A stretch of DNA of 64,000 bases from Eledone cirrhosa (GCA_964016885.1 OZ024744.1:42222001-42286000), one strand, 5' to 3'; numbered from the stretch's first letter, positions 1-13,900 are shown. Made by a program: numbers and translations. Notes: generated from the letters alone by a model not told the origin.

Positions 1-305
1 GCGTCCCTTCCTCAAGAAGCGAAACAGCAAACGCTCCAGCGCAGTCAGGCGGGGCTTAGGACAAGGTACGACGGTCAGGCGGTAGTAGATGACGGATGCG
101 ATGTACGCATTCGCCACCTCCGCTCGACCTTTCAGGGATAGCTTCCTCTCGGCCCATTTCTGGGTGAGAGAAGCCACCCTGCTGGTCACCTCGTCCCAGT
201 TTTTGTCCGTCTGGAGGTCTGGACCGAACCAGACCCTAGCAACGACGACGCTGTTGGACGGCATGGACCTGCCTCTCCAGGTGCCGAGCTGCAGGCCCAC
301 TGACT
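1..305 (-). mobile_element. Fragment of L1/Tx1-clade LINE ORF2 (post-RT region)
   Basis: Manual minus-strand translation KSVGLQLGTW...VWFGPDLQTDKNWDEV...KWAERKLSLKGRAEVANAYIASVIYY...LERLLFRFL matches the W..R.LSL.GR...N pattern of Tx1/L1 ORF2. GC-rich and runs off the window edge. Confidence 0.7.
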
Positions 306-593
306 TTTATAATAATAATAATAATAATAATAAGTGGAGACAATTATTAATAATTTCATTCTTAAGCCACGCAATGCTCACATTAAGGAACCACTCATGA
401 TAATAACAATTTAAAAAAACAACAAAAAGAAAACCCCGTGACCAAGAAATACCGGGATGGCGGCCGGCGGGGAATAGCCGTGTCTCTAGGGGAGAACGAC
501 CCCTCTAGTCTTGGTTGACACTCGTTCTAGAAGTGGTAACACGAAATGATTACCCCTTGGCGGATAAGTATAAAACGCGACAAAATAAAGTAA

Positions 594-3500
594 ATGTCTA
601 ATGATAAAATCTTATACCGGATCGGCCGTCACCCGGGTAAAAAAGGGCCGCGTCCCTCAGAGAGGGACCAGACTGGGGTCGAAAAATCAGCTAATGGTTC
701 AAACCTTCTCATCACTTCGGAGCTGGAGACCTCCCATAACCGGAATACTCCTACTGTTGGCCCTCCATGCTCACCACCAAGAAATCCAAAGAAAAAGAGA
801 GAAAAATGGTCAAGGGAAGATAATAAAGAAGTCCTTGAGGCTTTCTACACTGCCATGTACTACCCATCAAATACATCGAATACAGAACAGACATATATCA
901 ACTGGAAAAAGAAACATCCCGAAAACAGAGGCTATATTGACAGTAACAAACTAGCCAATATACGAAGAAATATTGTAAGAAAAAAGTTACTAACTGATAT
1001 AGAAATTGATCAGATCAAGCTATTAGCACAAAGTCAGCGAAGGGAAAATGAAACATGCGTCAGTGAAAACGAGGTAAACTGTAACACTTCGAACCCCAGG
1101 GTTGGGGCGGAATCACTGGCAACAGAACAAATTAAAGAAAGGATCGAAAAAGTGGAGGGAGTGCATGCTCAGGATGAAACTCCAAATGAAAATAATGAGA
1201 TCGTAAATGATAAAGAAATGAATGAGAATGAATTTGCCAACTTGAAGGATGAAATTATGATCGAATGGATGAAAATGAAAGAATCTGACATGGGGCAACG
1301 AGACACCCTCCCTAAGATCCAGAAATCGAAACAGAACCAAAAGATAATACACAAGACTAACATAATTCTCAAAAACATTATCATCACAAACAAACTAAAC
1401 ATTACTGATTTAAATCATCTCTATTATGCATCGGCTAAAGTCACCTCTCACTTATGTGGAGTGAAGATGAAAAAACAAAGGAATTCCCACAAGAAATCTA
1501 CTTGGCAAGAGAACATCAATCGCCAAATAAACCTTCTCCGATCTGACATAGAAATTTTAACAAACTATAAAGTAGGTGAACATGTTAAACAAACTAAACT
1601 TAGAAAATTGAAAAAAAAGTACAGTATAAAATCAACATGTGACATAGACATGCTGATAGAAATAATCAAGCAAAAAGTGTCGGCCAAAGTTGCTCGTATA
1701 AGGCGCTTTGAAAAACGATCTAGATTCTATAAGGACAATAATATGTTCAAAAACAACCAAAGAAACTTCTACAGAAAAATTGGTAAGTCAACAATAACTG
1801 CTAAAACAATACCACCTAAGGAGGAAGTGCAAGAATTCTGGGAAAAGATCTGGGCCGAAGAAAAAGTTCATAACATACATGCCCCATGGATAGACAGACA
1901 AATGAAAGATACAGCTCACCTTGAGGAACAAATATGGGAAAATATAACAGTTGAACAGTTGCGCTTGGCTCTAAGAAAAACCAGCAAATGGAAATCCCCA
2001 GGAAAAGACAAAATACAAAACTTTTGGATAAATGCCTTCACAGAGTCTCATGAGCTGTTAGCCTAACTTTACAATGAAATAGTTAAGGAGCCAGAAAAGA
2101 TACCATCATGGCTAGTTAACGGCATTACATTCCTGCTTCCGAAGAATGATGAGACAAACAATCCCAAAAATTACAGACCGATAACTTGCTTGACCACAAT
2201 GTATAAAATTTTAACATCAGTCCTAACTGAATACTCATATGACCACCTGATAACAAATGACCTATTTCCCATTGAACAGAAAGGGTGTAAACGAGGCTCA
2301 TATGGCTGTAAGGATCAGCTTCTGGTTAACAAAATGATACTGGAAGATTGTCATAATAGACACAAAAATCTATCGATTGCTTGGATAGATTATAAAAAAG
2401 CATTCGATAGTTTGCCACACAGTTGGATTGAAAAATGTTTAGAGATTTTCAAAATATCCCCCGTTGTCAGGAGGTTCTTGTCATTCAGTATGAAGACATG
2501 GAAAACGACACTCCTTTTGAATAGTGAAACAAAATCACTGAAAGCTGGAGAAGTTAATATTAATTGTGGAATTTTTCAGGGTGACTCTTTATCACCGCTT
2601 TTATTCTGCATCGCACATATACTATTAAGTAAAATGCTCAATGAAACAAAACATGGATATAAAGTCTATGACAAAACCATTAATCACTTGTTCTACATGG
2701 ATGACCTGAAACTATTTACAAAAAATGATGAACAATTGCAAGGGCTATTATCCACTCTGGAGCAGTTCAGTGATGACATTAAAATGGAGTTTGGACTAGA
2801 TAAATGCGCCAAAGCAACGTTCACCAGAGGAAAGCTGCTGAAGAGTTCAGACATTAATCTTGATCGGGGGAACGTGATAAGAGAACTTGATCAAGAAAAA
2901 ACTTACAAATATCTAGGTGTTTGTGAAGGAGACGGAATCAAGCACTCGAAAATGAGGGAAAGGATAAGGAAGGAATGTTACCGCAGAGTAAGAGCAATCT
3001 TAAGAACGGAATTGAATGCAAGGAATAGGATGGATGCCATAAACACGCTTGCCATACCAGTAGTAACCTACAGTTACAATGTCATCAACTGGTCAAGCAC
3101 AGAGATCCGTAGGCTCGATACAAAAATTCGAAAATTCTTAACCATGCACAGAATGCATCACCCTAAGGCAGATATAGATAGAATATATCTCCCTAGGAAA
3201 GAAGGAGGACGTGGGTTAATCCAGTTAGACATTGCGTTGAAAACTGCAACAATTAGATTATCTACATATCTAAGGGAATCAGATGATTGGATGATCAAAC
3301 TCGTTTTGAAACACGAAAGCATCAAAAGATCATATTCCATTACAAAAGATGCACAAAGATACAGTAATGGACTACACATTTCCGAAGTCCCATTTACTGC
3401 TGAAATGGAAAACACAGAAAAAGCAAAGCAGGTAAAAGTAACTGCAAAGAAAGAACTGCTACAGAAACTGGCTAAGAAATGGCAAGAAAAGCCTCTGTAT

Positions 3501-4454
3501 GGAAAATACCCAGAGCGATCTAACAATCCTGATGTTGACAAAACTTTAACCCATCAGTGGTTGGCATCCTCTGGACTGAAATCGGAGACTGAAGGACTGA
3601 TTATATCAGCACAAGATCAGTGTCTGCCAACAAAAAATTGCCAAGCCAAAATAATAAAAAATGGATGCAGCCCATTATGCCGTGTATGCAAAAAACAACC
3701 AGAGACCATATAATTTCAATGTGCAGTCCTATAGCTCCAACCGAATACCTAAACAGGCATGACAGAGCTGCACAATACATACATTGGATAATGTGTAAGC
3801 ATTTTGACCTGCCCCATCAAAAGAATTGGTGGGAGCATCAACCACCTCCCATACTTGAAAAAGATCACATCTCAATCTTGTGGAACTTTAGCATCCAAGA
3901 GGAACGATCGACTTTCGTCAAATCGGACCGAGGGAACAATGTTTCCGTTGGTCTTTCCAATTGCTAATACTATCTATCGGTCGCAACAACAGGTAGAAGG
4001 AGCAACGTGAAATAAAGTGTCTTGCTCAAGGACATAACGCATCACCTGGTCCAGGAATCGAACTCACAACCTTACGATTGCGAATCCAATTCTCTAACCA
4101 CTCAGCCACACGCCTTCAGACCGAAAAATAGATGCAAATAGACCTGATATAATATTGAAGGACTTTAAAAAGAGGGTATGCCTGCTAATTGATATGTCTG
4201 TTCCAATAGACAAGAATGTATCTATAAAAACATTTGAAAAATTGAGCAAGTATAAGGACCTGGAGATAGAAATTGGAAAAATGTGGAAATTGAGAACTAA
4301 AACAATACCAGTGGTTGTAGGCGCTCTGGGAATGATACCTAAGGGGCCTAATGATTACTTATCGCAGATCCCAGGAAACCCGCGTATAGGAGAAATACAA
4401 AAGATAGTACTAATGGGAACTGCCCATATACTAAGGAAGATTCTGTCAATATAA
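594..4454 (+). pseudogene. R4/Dong ORF: N-terminal domain, RT, CCHC finger, RLE; disrupted
   Basis: KWSRED..EV (N-term), WIDYKKAFDS, GIFQGDSLSP, LFYMDDLKL, CRVC..ET..C...RHD, RPDI..D..LID.SVP.D..EKLSKYKDL. Stop at 2064-2066, frameshift near 3705, insertion at 3899-4116. Confidence 0.9.
3995..4116 (-). mobile_element. tRNA-derived SINE head (CORE-like), inside the R4 RLE coding region
   Basis: Minus strand: A box TGGCTGAGTGG, B box GTTCGATTCC, then TGTCCTTGAGCAAGACACTT. Splits WNFSIQ / DRKIDANRPD. Confidence 0.75.
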
Positions 4455-4594
4455 GTACATCACAAGTCTAAACACTAAAGATGCATGTGTGAGTATGTAT
4501 GTTCTTCCTTGAACATGGCGGGCCTTGTCTCTTGAGATCACTGGTTGTGACTTGGTGATAACTCGTATGAACATAAAGCAAGATAAATGCAACT

Positions 4595-4732
<138 letters not shown>

Positions 4733-4734
4733 TA

Positions 4735-7700
4735 TAAATGAACAGTTCTGCGATCGAATGTGGCTTTTTAGAACAGCCAATGATCTAAAATGTCTTGCAC
4801 AGAGTTGGCAACCAAAACATTCACTGGGAATAGCCGGCTGTAGTTGGAGTTCATTTACTATTGCATGTCGTTTGAGCCCTACTGCTGATTTACATTCTCT
4901 ACCACATGCTTGGCAAGCATGATGAGTAGCATCTCCAACAGCAGCCTGGTAATCAACCACTGGTCTCACTTTCGAGTTCAGCTTTGCTGAGGCAGAGTCT
5001 CACACAGACGCTGCATGTCAGCACCATAGGAGGACCCTCGCCGTCTGGAAGTGCAACACCAATGCCCTTCCTTACATCCCTCTTTACTTTCTCATATGCG
5101 ATTCGAGATGCCTCAAAGGCAACTTTCCCCTCATATACAGTCTTTTTCCATTTCTTACGATCAGCAGCAATATTTTCCCATGTATCAACAGAGATGTTAG
5201 CGTCTTTCAGAGAGGCTTTTAACGAATCCTTATACCTCTTTTTTGGTTTATGTGGAGGTTGTTTTCCTTTAACCAACTCTCCATAAAATAGTTGTTTTGG
5301 TATTCTAGAATCCTTCATCCTGGCAAGGTGACCACACCAACAGAGTCTTTGCTTAAGCACAAGAGCTTCTATACTGTCACACAGCTTTCAAAAATCCGAC
5401 ATCATTGATGTGGTGCCTCCAATGAACGCCATATATCCATCTGAGACACATCTCGTGGAAACGCTTCAATTGTTTAAGGTGGTGTCGATATGTGACCCAG
5501 GTCTCGCAGGCATAAAGAAGAGAAGGGAGCACACATGCCTTGTACACCTTTACCTTTGTCTTTTGCATATGTTTCGCCGACCGGAGAGTCGCCTTTCTAG
5601 CTTTCCGGAAGCAACACTTACTTTTCTAATCCTGAGTGGAATTTCATTATCAAGGTTGCTGTATCGATTGACAATGCTTCCCAGTTAGAAAAACTGATCA
5701 ACCACTCCAAGTCGTTTACCATACACATAGATATTTGGCTCACTGTACTGCTAACGTGGGGCAGATTGGTACATGATGACAATTTTCCTGAGACTGACAG
5801 TTAATCCTAGGGTAGTGCAAGCATCAGAAAATGTGCTGCATATCACTCTCTGTGTACAAGACGTCTCTTATGATTGATGTAAATAATTTTGTTTTTTCAG
5901 CAAAGCGCCTTATGCTAAATATGCTGCCTGAAGTTCGATATTGGATGTAAACACCATGCTCGCCATTCCTGAATGCAATATAGAAAACCATTGCAAAGTA
6001 TATGGCAAACAGGGTCGGTGCTGGAATATGCCCCTGTTTTACTCCATTTTTTACTGAGATAGGTTCCGACATGTTACTTCTGATATAAACCCAAGCCTTC
6101 ATGTTGTCATGGAAAGACCTAACCAAAGCAAGGAACTTATCAGGGCAACCAAGTTTCTGGTGAACCTTCCACAATACATTTCTGTTAAGAGTATCGAAAG
6201 CTTTTGTCAGATCGACAAAAACCTGATACAGATCCAAACCTTGTTCCATGCACTTCTCCTGGAGCTGTCTAGCTGAGAAGATCATATCAGTAGTGCCGCG
6301 TCCAGAATGAAAACCAGATTGACTTTCAGGAAGAACACAATCTGCAATGTGTGTCAGCAGACGGTCCAGACGCAACCTACATCAAATGTTTCCTACAAAG
6401 CAATGATATACCTCTGTAGTTTCCACAATCATTCCTGTTACCCTTTCCCTTGTACAAGACCACCATTACTGCATCTCTCCAGTCCTCAGGTACGGATTCA
6501 TTAGCCCATATCCTGCCAAACAAAGAGTGAAGATGTTGCAGAAGTCTCTCACCCCCATATTGTAAGAGCTCTGCAAGTATGATATCCATACCTGGAGATG
6601 TTCCACTGTTCAAATTCGAGATAGCTACTGCAACCTCCACAAGAGTCACTGGTTCTGCGAGAGCTCCTTTCACAGATCTTTCAGGAATGAGTGCTCTCAC
6701 CACCTTCGTAGAATTCCTTGAGAGTCACGAAGAAGTTCCTTGCCATCCTTGCTGCGAAGTGGTGTCACCAGAGTAGAAGACGGTTCATAAGCTTCATGCA
6801 AGAGACTGTACAACAGATTTGTGTTATTGGAATCTGTTGCAGCTTTATCTCATCAGCCTTCTCACTCCACCACTTATCCTTCACCTGAGAAAGACACGTG
6901 ATTTCACATATTTGAGTTCCTTATGCAACATATTCTTCTCCTGTGGTTTTGCTGTCAAGCAGCATGACAGCACACCACTTATCAGCCAACAAGTCATCTA
7001 TGTTCATCATTCTCATTAAACCAGTCTTGTTTTGCTCAGCACCAATCCCAGAACACGCCTGCCTACATCATAAACTGACATTAAAAGGGTCGGCCAATCC
7101 TCACCAAGATCTGCACATTTTCACACATTTTTATCTCTAAGAGGAGCAACATTCAATCTTCTGGGCAGGGTAACACCAGGAGCCCAGATCTTACGTTTAG
7201 TGATTAGTTTCACTTTTCCGCCTACCAGGCGGTGGTCCGTCCAGCACTCAGATCCACGAAGAACACGAACACACTGCACATCCTGTCTGTCACGCATCCT
7301 GACAAGGATGTAGTCCAAAAGATGCCATTCCTTAGATGCAGGATGCATCCATGTGGTCTTAAATTTGTTCCTTTGCTGGAACATGGTGTTGGTAACACAC
7401 AGATCCTGCTCCTCACACATCTGCAGCAGGAGCATACTATTGTTGTTACACTTTCCAAGCCCATGCCTTCCGATTACATTCTATGTGTTAAAATCCCTAA
7501 CCACTCTAACATTAAAGTGACCAAGCACAATGACCTTCTCTGCCTGAGGGATATTTCTTAAAACACCTTTCAAGGCATGGTAAAAAGACACTTTTTCTTC
7601 ATTGACAGAATCCATAGTTGGAGCATACACATTCACCAGAGCCGCATATCTTCCTTTGTCCAGCGGAATTCTCATGGACATAAGACGCTCACTAACCCGA

Positions 7701-8120
7701 CTAGGAATTCTTCTAATTTATCCACAAGAGCTGTCTTAACAGCAAATGCTACCCCAGCCTCTCTTCCTTTCCAGAAGAATGTATATTCTCCACAAAATTC
7801 TGTAAGATGACCATCTCCAGCTAACCTCATCTCAGATAAAGCTACGATGTCAAGATCGTAACGTCGAAGCTCCTTTGCTAAGAGCGGTCCTTCGTCCAGA
7901 ACGTTCAGAGGAATCCCTGTCAAGTAGCATCCATACGTTCCAGCAGCCAATACTAAATGCCTTGTTTGACTCTATTACAGTGGCACGATGACGAGCGGGC
8001 CCAGGCTGTGATACCCTGGGGCCCCTGCCCTTATTGAGAATTATCTCTTTTGTCCCAGAACTCTTATTGCCAATTATCTCTTTTATATTGTTTTGGAACA
8101 TTATTGAATTGGAAAAAACA
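4735..8120 (-). mobile_element. RTE-clade LINE copy 1 (APE + RT + C2H2 fingers), degenerate
   Basis: GCWNV, NVYAPT, WHLLDY, TDHRL (APE); FVDLTKAFD, GVKQG (RT); CQACGRECKS..H fingers. Many frameshifts. Same family as 10087-14935. Confidence 0.9.
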
Positions 8121-8262
8121 AATGGTGTGAGGCAATTATAATAATACTGAACAGAAACACACGAACGGCTTCAATTATACGAACGCTTTCGAAAGTCAAC
8201 ACTTGACATAATCTTGTATCAGTAATGATCAGTAATATATATATATGATCAGTAATAATCAG

Positions 8263-8339
<77 letters not shown>

Positions 8340-8710
8340 TGTGTGTGTGTGTGTTTGTGTGTGTGTGTGGGGGTGTGTGTGGCAGGTGTGTGTTAGTTTG
8401 TATGCATGAGTGTTGGTGTGTTCGTGTGTGAGTGTGGGGTGGAGGGTCGTATGTATGAGTGCCAATAAGTGAGTTTATTTTTATGCGACGGGACATAGAA
8501 ATAATTGGGGTGGATTCCCGATCGCTCAGTTAAACCACTGGGAGTGAAGGACCTTTAGCCCTTGTCAGGGCATTCTTCCAGGAGAAGGCATCTCAGGAAC
8601 TGGGTTAACTCCAACATAAAACCTGCAGCTCAGTAGTTACCGATGGTGTTGATCTTTTCTTCTTTTCGGGTTATAGCTACTGTCGCTCAGAGAGTGGGAT
8701 TGGCTCAGTT
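8121..8710 (+). mobile_element. 5' UTR segment of RTE copy 1, inverted relative to its ORF
   Basis: Direct match to 10087-10580, the sense 5' UTR of copy 2, including the internal (TA)n(TG)n tract. Confidence 0.7.
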
Positions 8711-9168
8711 TCCAGGCGGTCAATGTTCTGAGCAATATAGGGGTTCCAATCTGGTGATGCAAATTCTAAGTGTGGCTGCGCCATAGCTATATACAGCTTT
8801 AAGTAGATAGCGGGAGTGCGGCTGACAAAGGTCTTGCTGAGTGATGTTAAGACACCCTCGGCTTTCTTGTCAACTTTAGAGATGTGCTTTTTGCCAGTGC
8901 AAATCGCTGCTGACCGTAATGCCCAGGTCACGTTCACAAGAAGACTTCTTGATATTAGTGTTGTGGAGGGAGTATGTGGACGCTGGGATTTTACTCTCAA
9001 AATGCATGGTGGTGCACTTGTCCACAGCTAGCTTCAATTGCCAGTCTGTGATCCATTGTTGCCGAAACAGGTACGTAACACTATCCAGACCAGGAGAGGT
9101 ATGGTTCCGTTTATGTTTAAGGTGACGTTGCAGCATTGCAGGGGTAAATTCTATGGTTGTAATAGAAT
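8711..9168 (-). mobile_element. CR1/L2-group LINE RT fragment, internally deleted
   Basis: SPGLD; W...WQL....KC; ERDLGI.VSSDL.W; LY...PHLEFASP.WNPY...I.RLE. Confidence 0.75.
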
Positions 9169-9171
9169 CCG

Positions 9172-9475
9172 ATGATGATGATGATGATGATGATGCATAC
9201 ATGCATAGATATATACACACATCATACATATGTATGTTATGTGTATATATGTATGCATGTATTTATTTACATATGTATATGTATGTATCCACATATGTAT
9301 GTATATACTTCGTATATATGTATGTACTTACATATATATGTATGCATGTTGTATATATATACATGTATCTGCATATGTATGTACTACATATGTATGTATT
9401 TACATATATATTATGTACTTATATATATAAGTATATATGTATGTGTGTATGTTTCTATGTATGACTGTTTGTGCG

Positions 9476-9516
<41 letters not shown>

Positions 9517-9660
9517 ATATGTATGTATATATGTATGTATATACTATTTGATGGTCATTACCCTATCTAGACTAAAGTCATCGACTTGTTGTCAAACTCT
9601 CTACTCTCTGTTGAATGTGTATATATATATATATATGTATGTATATGTGTGTATATACAT
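9172..9660. repeat. Compound (ATG)n/(TA)n/(TATG)n microsatellite
   Basis: Directly visible. Many similar tracts elsewhere, e.g. 4596-4730, 14480-14860, 24425-24650, 30055-30265, 30650-30730, 33175-33298, 36403-36530, 39500-39930, 42770-43200. Confidence 0.95.
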
Positions 9661-9939
9661 CACTCAGTCAAACGACCAGATTTCAACCCCAACATCTACA
9701 ACAACAACACCGGCACTAATGTTTACAGCAACAGCTTCAGAATGAACTGAAAGAAACATTTACTACAACAACAGCGGCATCAAAAGATAAAAAAAAAAAA
9801 ACTCAAAATAACAAAACACACACACACACGCAACACAACAACATCAACTGCCACCACCACCACCACCACCACCACCACCACCACCACCGCCGCCATCACC
9901 ATCACCAGCGACCGGGCCTTAAGAAAACAACTTTAATAA

Positions 9940-10090
9940 TAATTTTTCTGCTTTTGGCACAGATCCAGCGACTGGCCCAGCGCATCACTGGTACTCTCTT
10001 TTGTTGACTCTGTGGGGATGAAAGGCAAGGTTGATCTCGGCGGGATTTGAGCTCAGAGCGTGGAGAGCCATAACTCTATGCTGTAAAGCA
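9940..10090 (-). mobile_element. tRNA-derived SINE (Meta/Sauria-like central domain), 5' truncated
   Basis: Reverse complement resembles 10657-10845 (GAGCTCAAATCCCGCCGAG...TTGCCTTTCATCC...GTACCAGT). Confidence 0.75.
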
Positions 10091-10193
10091 ATTATAATAA
10101 TACTGGACTGTAGTACGATCGGCTTCAACTATACAAACTCTTGAAAGTCAACAGTTGACATAATCTTGTAATCTTGTATCAGTAATGACGGTA

Positions 10194-10225
<32 letters not shown>

Positions 10226-10656
10226 AAGTGAGTAGAGTAGCGTGTGTGTGTTTGTTTGTATGTATGAGTGTTGCTGTGTGCGCGCATGTGTATGCGTGTG
10301 TGTGTATGTCGTACGTCTAAGTGTCAATAAGTGATTTTTTTTTTTTTTTTTTTTGCGCGGGGACATAGAAATAATCGGGCTGGATGCCCGATCGCGCAGT
10401 TAAACCACTGGGAGTGAAGAACCCCTAGCCCTTGTCAGGGCATTCTTCTAGGAGAAGGCATCTCAGGAAACTGGGTTAACTCCGACATAAAACCTGCAGC
10501 TCAGTAGTTACCGATGATGTTGATCTTTTCTTCTTTTCGGGTTATAGCTACTGTCGCTCAGAGAGTGGGATTGGCTCAGTGCACAGTCTTTCCTCACTTT
10601 AAAAATATTCGTCACGCACAGGCATTGCACGAGTGCATTAATAATTAATAATTATC

Positions 10657-10845
10657 AGGGCGGTGGATTGGCAGTATCGGTAGAGGGTTTGACGCCATGC
10701 TTTCCAGCATAGTTACGTCCCTTTACGATCTGAGTTCAAATCCCGCCGAGGTTGACTTTGCCTTTCATCCTTACGGGGTCCATAAAATAAAGTACCAGTA
10801 ATGCACTGGGTTATTGCTGGCCTTGTGCCTAAAGTAGAAACAATT
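10657..10845 (+). mobile_element. tRNA-derived SINE, full length, within the RTE 5' UTR
   Basis: A-box-like TGGCAGTATCGG, B box GAGTTCAAATCC, core GGTTGACTTTGCCTTTCATCC, tail CCTTGTGCCTAAAGTAGAAAC. Confidence 0.8.
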
Positions 10846-10930
10846 TATAATCATTAATAGTGTACTATTATTATTATTATTATTATTACTATTATTATTA
10901 CTTTTGTTTTTTTGTTTTTTTTCCAATTCA

Positions 10931-13900
10931 ATGATGTTCCAGAACAATATAAAAGAGATAATTGGCAATTTAGGTTCTGGAACAAAAAAGATCATTGGCA
11001 ATAAGGGCAGGGGCCCCAGGTTATCACAGCCTGGGCCCGCTCGTCATCGTGCCATTGTAATAGAGCCAAACAGGGCATTTAGTCTTGGCTGCTGGAACGT
11101 ACGGACGCTGCTTGACAGGGATTCCTTGGAGCGTCCTGAACGAAGGACCGCTCTTGTTGCAAAGGAGCTTCGACGTTACGATCTTGACATCGTGGCTTTA
11201 TCTGAGACGAGGTTAGCTGGAGATGGTCATCTTACGTAATTTTGTGGAGAATATACATTCTTCTGGAAAGGAAGAGATGAAGGAACCAGAAGAGAGGCTG
11301 GGGTAGGATTTGCTGTTAAGACTGTACTTGTGAACAAATTAGAAGAATTCCCAGTAGGGATTAGTGACCGTCTTATGTCCATGAGAGTTCCGCTGGACAA
11401 GGGAAGATATGCTACCCTGGTGAGTGTGTATGCTCCAACTATAAGTTCTGTCGATGAGGAAAAGGTGTCCTTTTACCATGCCTTGAAAGGTGTTTTAAGA
11501 AATATCCCTCAGGCAGACAAAGTCATCGTGCTTGGTGACTTTAATGCTAGAGTGGGTAGGGATTTTAACACATGGAATGTAATCGGAAAGCATGGGGTGG
11601 GAAAGTGTAACAGCAATGGTATGCTCCTGCTGCAGATGTGTGAGGAGCTGGATCTGTGTGTTACCAACACCATGTTCCAACAGAAGAACAAATTCAAGAC
11701 CACATGGATGCATCCTGCATCTAAGGAATGGCATCTTTTGGACTACGTCCTAGTCAGGATGCGAGACAGACAGGATGTGCAGTGTGTTCGTGTTCTTCGT
11801 GGAGCTGAGTGCTGGACGGACCACCTCCTGGTACGCGCAAAAGTGAAACTAATCACTAAACGTAAAATCCGGGCTCCTGGTGTTGCCCTGCCCAAAAGAT
11901 TGAATGCTGCTCGTCTTCAGGATAAAAATGTGAAGAGGACATTGGAAGAAGAGATGCAGGCTGCAGATCTTGATGAGGATTGGCCGACCCTTAAAAATTC
12001 GGTTTATGATGTAGGCAGATGTGTTCTGGGATTGGCGCAGAGGAAACATCAGGACTGGTTTAATGAGAATGATGTACATATAGAAGACTTGTTGGCTGAT
12101 AAGAGTCGTACTCTGTCACGCTACTTGACGGCAAAACCACAGGAGAGGAATACGTTGCATGAGGAACTCAGGGATGTAAAATCACGTGTTAGGTGGAGTC
12201 TTTCTCAGATGAAGGATAAGTGGTGGAGTGAGAAGGCTGGTGAGATACAAACTCCGTCTGATTCTAATATACACAAAGCTGTTGTACAGTCTCTTGTGTG
12301 AGGTTTATGGACCGTCTTCTTCTCTGGTGACACCGCTTCACAGCAAGGATGGCAAAGAACTTCTTCGTGACTCACAAGGAATTCTACGAAGGTGGCGACA
12401 GCACTTTGATGATCTTTTGAATCAGCCGTCTGTCATCAATGAAGATTTCCTCAATCTCATTCCAGAAAGTCCTGTGAATGTAGCTCTCGCAGAACCTCCG
12501 ACGCTTGTGGAGGTTGCAGTGGCTATTTCGAAGCTGAACAGTGGAAGATCTCCAGGTATGGATGGCATACATGCTGAGCTCCTACAATATGGTGGTGAGA
12601 GACTCCTCCAACATCTTCACTCTTTGTTTGGCAGGATATGGGCTAATGAATCCGTAACTGAGGACTGGAGAGATGCAGTAATGGTGGTTTTGTACAAGGG
12701 AAAGGGTAACAGGAACGATTGTGGGAACTACAGAGGTATATCATTGCTTTCTGTCGTAGGGAAAGTTTTATGTAGGGTGCTTCTGGACCGTCTGCTGACA
12801 CACGTTGCAGATTGTGTTCTTCCTGAAAGTCAATCTGGTTTTCGTGCTGGACGCGGCACTACTGATATGATCTTCTCAGCTAGACAGCTCCAGGAGAAGT
12901 GCATGGAACAAGGCTTGGATCTGTATCAGGTTTTTGTCGATCTGACAAAAGCTTTCGATACTGTTAACAGAGATGCATTATGGAAGGTTCTCCAGAAACT
13001 TGGTTGCCCTGATAAGTTCCCTGCTTTAGTTAGGTCTTTCCATGACGACATGAAGGCTTGGGTTAATGTCGGGGGTAACATGTCGGAGCCTATCTCAGTA
13101 AAAAATGGAGTGAAACAGGGGGATATTCCAGCACCGACCCTGTTTGCCATATACTTTGCAATGGTTTTCTGTATTGCATTCAGGAATTGCGAGCATGGTG
13201 TTTACATCCGATATCGAACCTCAGGCAGCATATTTAACATCAGGCGCTTTGCTGCGAAACAAAAGTATGTACATCAATCATAAGAGACCTCTTGTATGCA
13301 GATGATTGCGATCTTGTAGCGCACACAAGAGTGATATGCAGCACATTTTGAATGCATTTTCTGACGCTTGCACTGCCCTAGGTCTGACTGTCAGTCTCAA
13401 GAAAACCGTCGTCATGTACCAACCTGCCCCTGGTAAGCAGTACACTGAACCAAACATCTATGTGTATGGCAAACGACTTGGAGTGGTTGATCAGTTTGTC
13501 TACCTGGGAAGCACTGTCGATCGATACAGCAACCTTGACAGTGAAATCTCACTTAGGATTAGGAAAGCAAGTGATGCTTTCGGAAAGCTAGAAAGGCAAC
13601 TCTGGGGTCGGCGAGACATATGCAGGAGGACAAAGGCAAAGGTGTACAGGGCATGTGTGCTCTCTTGTCTTCTTTATGCCTGCGAGACCTGGGTCACATA
13701 TCGACACCACCTTAAGCAATTGGAGCGTTTCCATCAGATGTGTCTCAGACGGATCCATGGCGTTCACTGGAGAGACCACATCAGTGATTTCGAGATTTTG
13801 AAAAGCTCTATGTGTGACAGTATAGAAGCTCTTGTGCTTAAGCAACGACTCCGTTGGAGTGGTCACCTTGCCAGGATGAAGGATTCTAGAATACCAAAAC

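Noticed and set aside
4040-4116. tRNA gene
   Set aside because: A and B boxes run into a SINE core and the cloverleaf is incomplete; the same applies to 10657, 29781, 50400 and 51505.
10475-10515. Twister-ribozyme-like start TAACTCCG...CCTGCAGCTC...GTTAC in the RTE 5' UTR
   Set aside because: The downstream GTCCCAAGCC and GAGGG elements are absent; the segment aligns with the ordinary RTE UTR motif also seen at 15165-15190.
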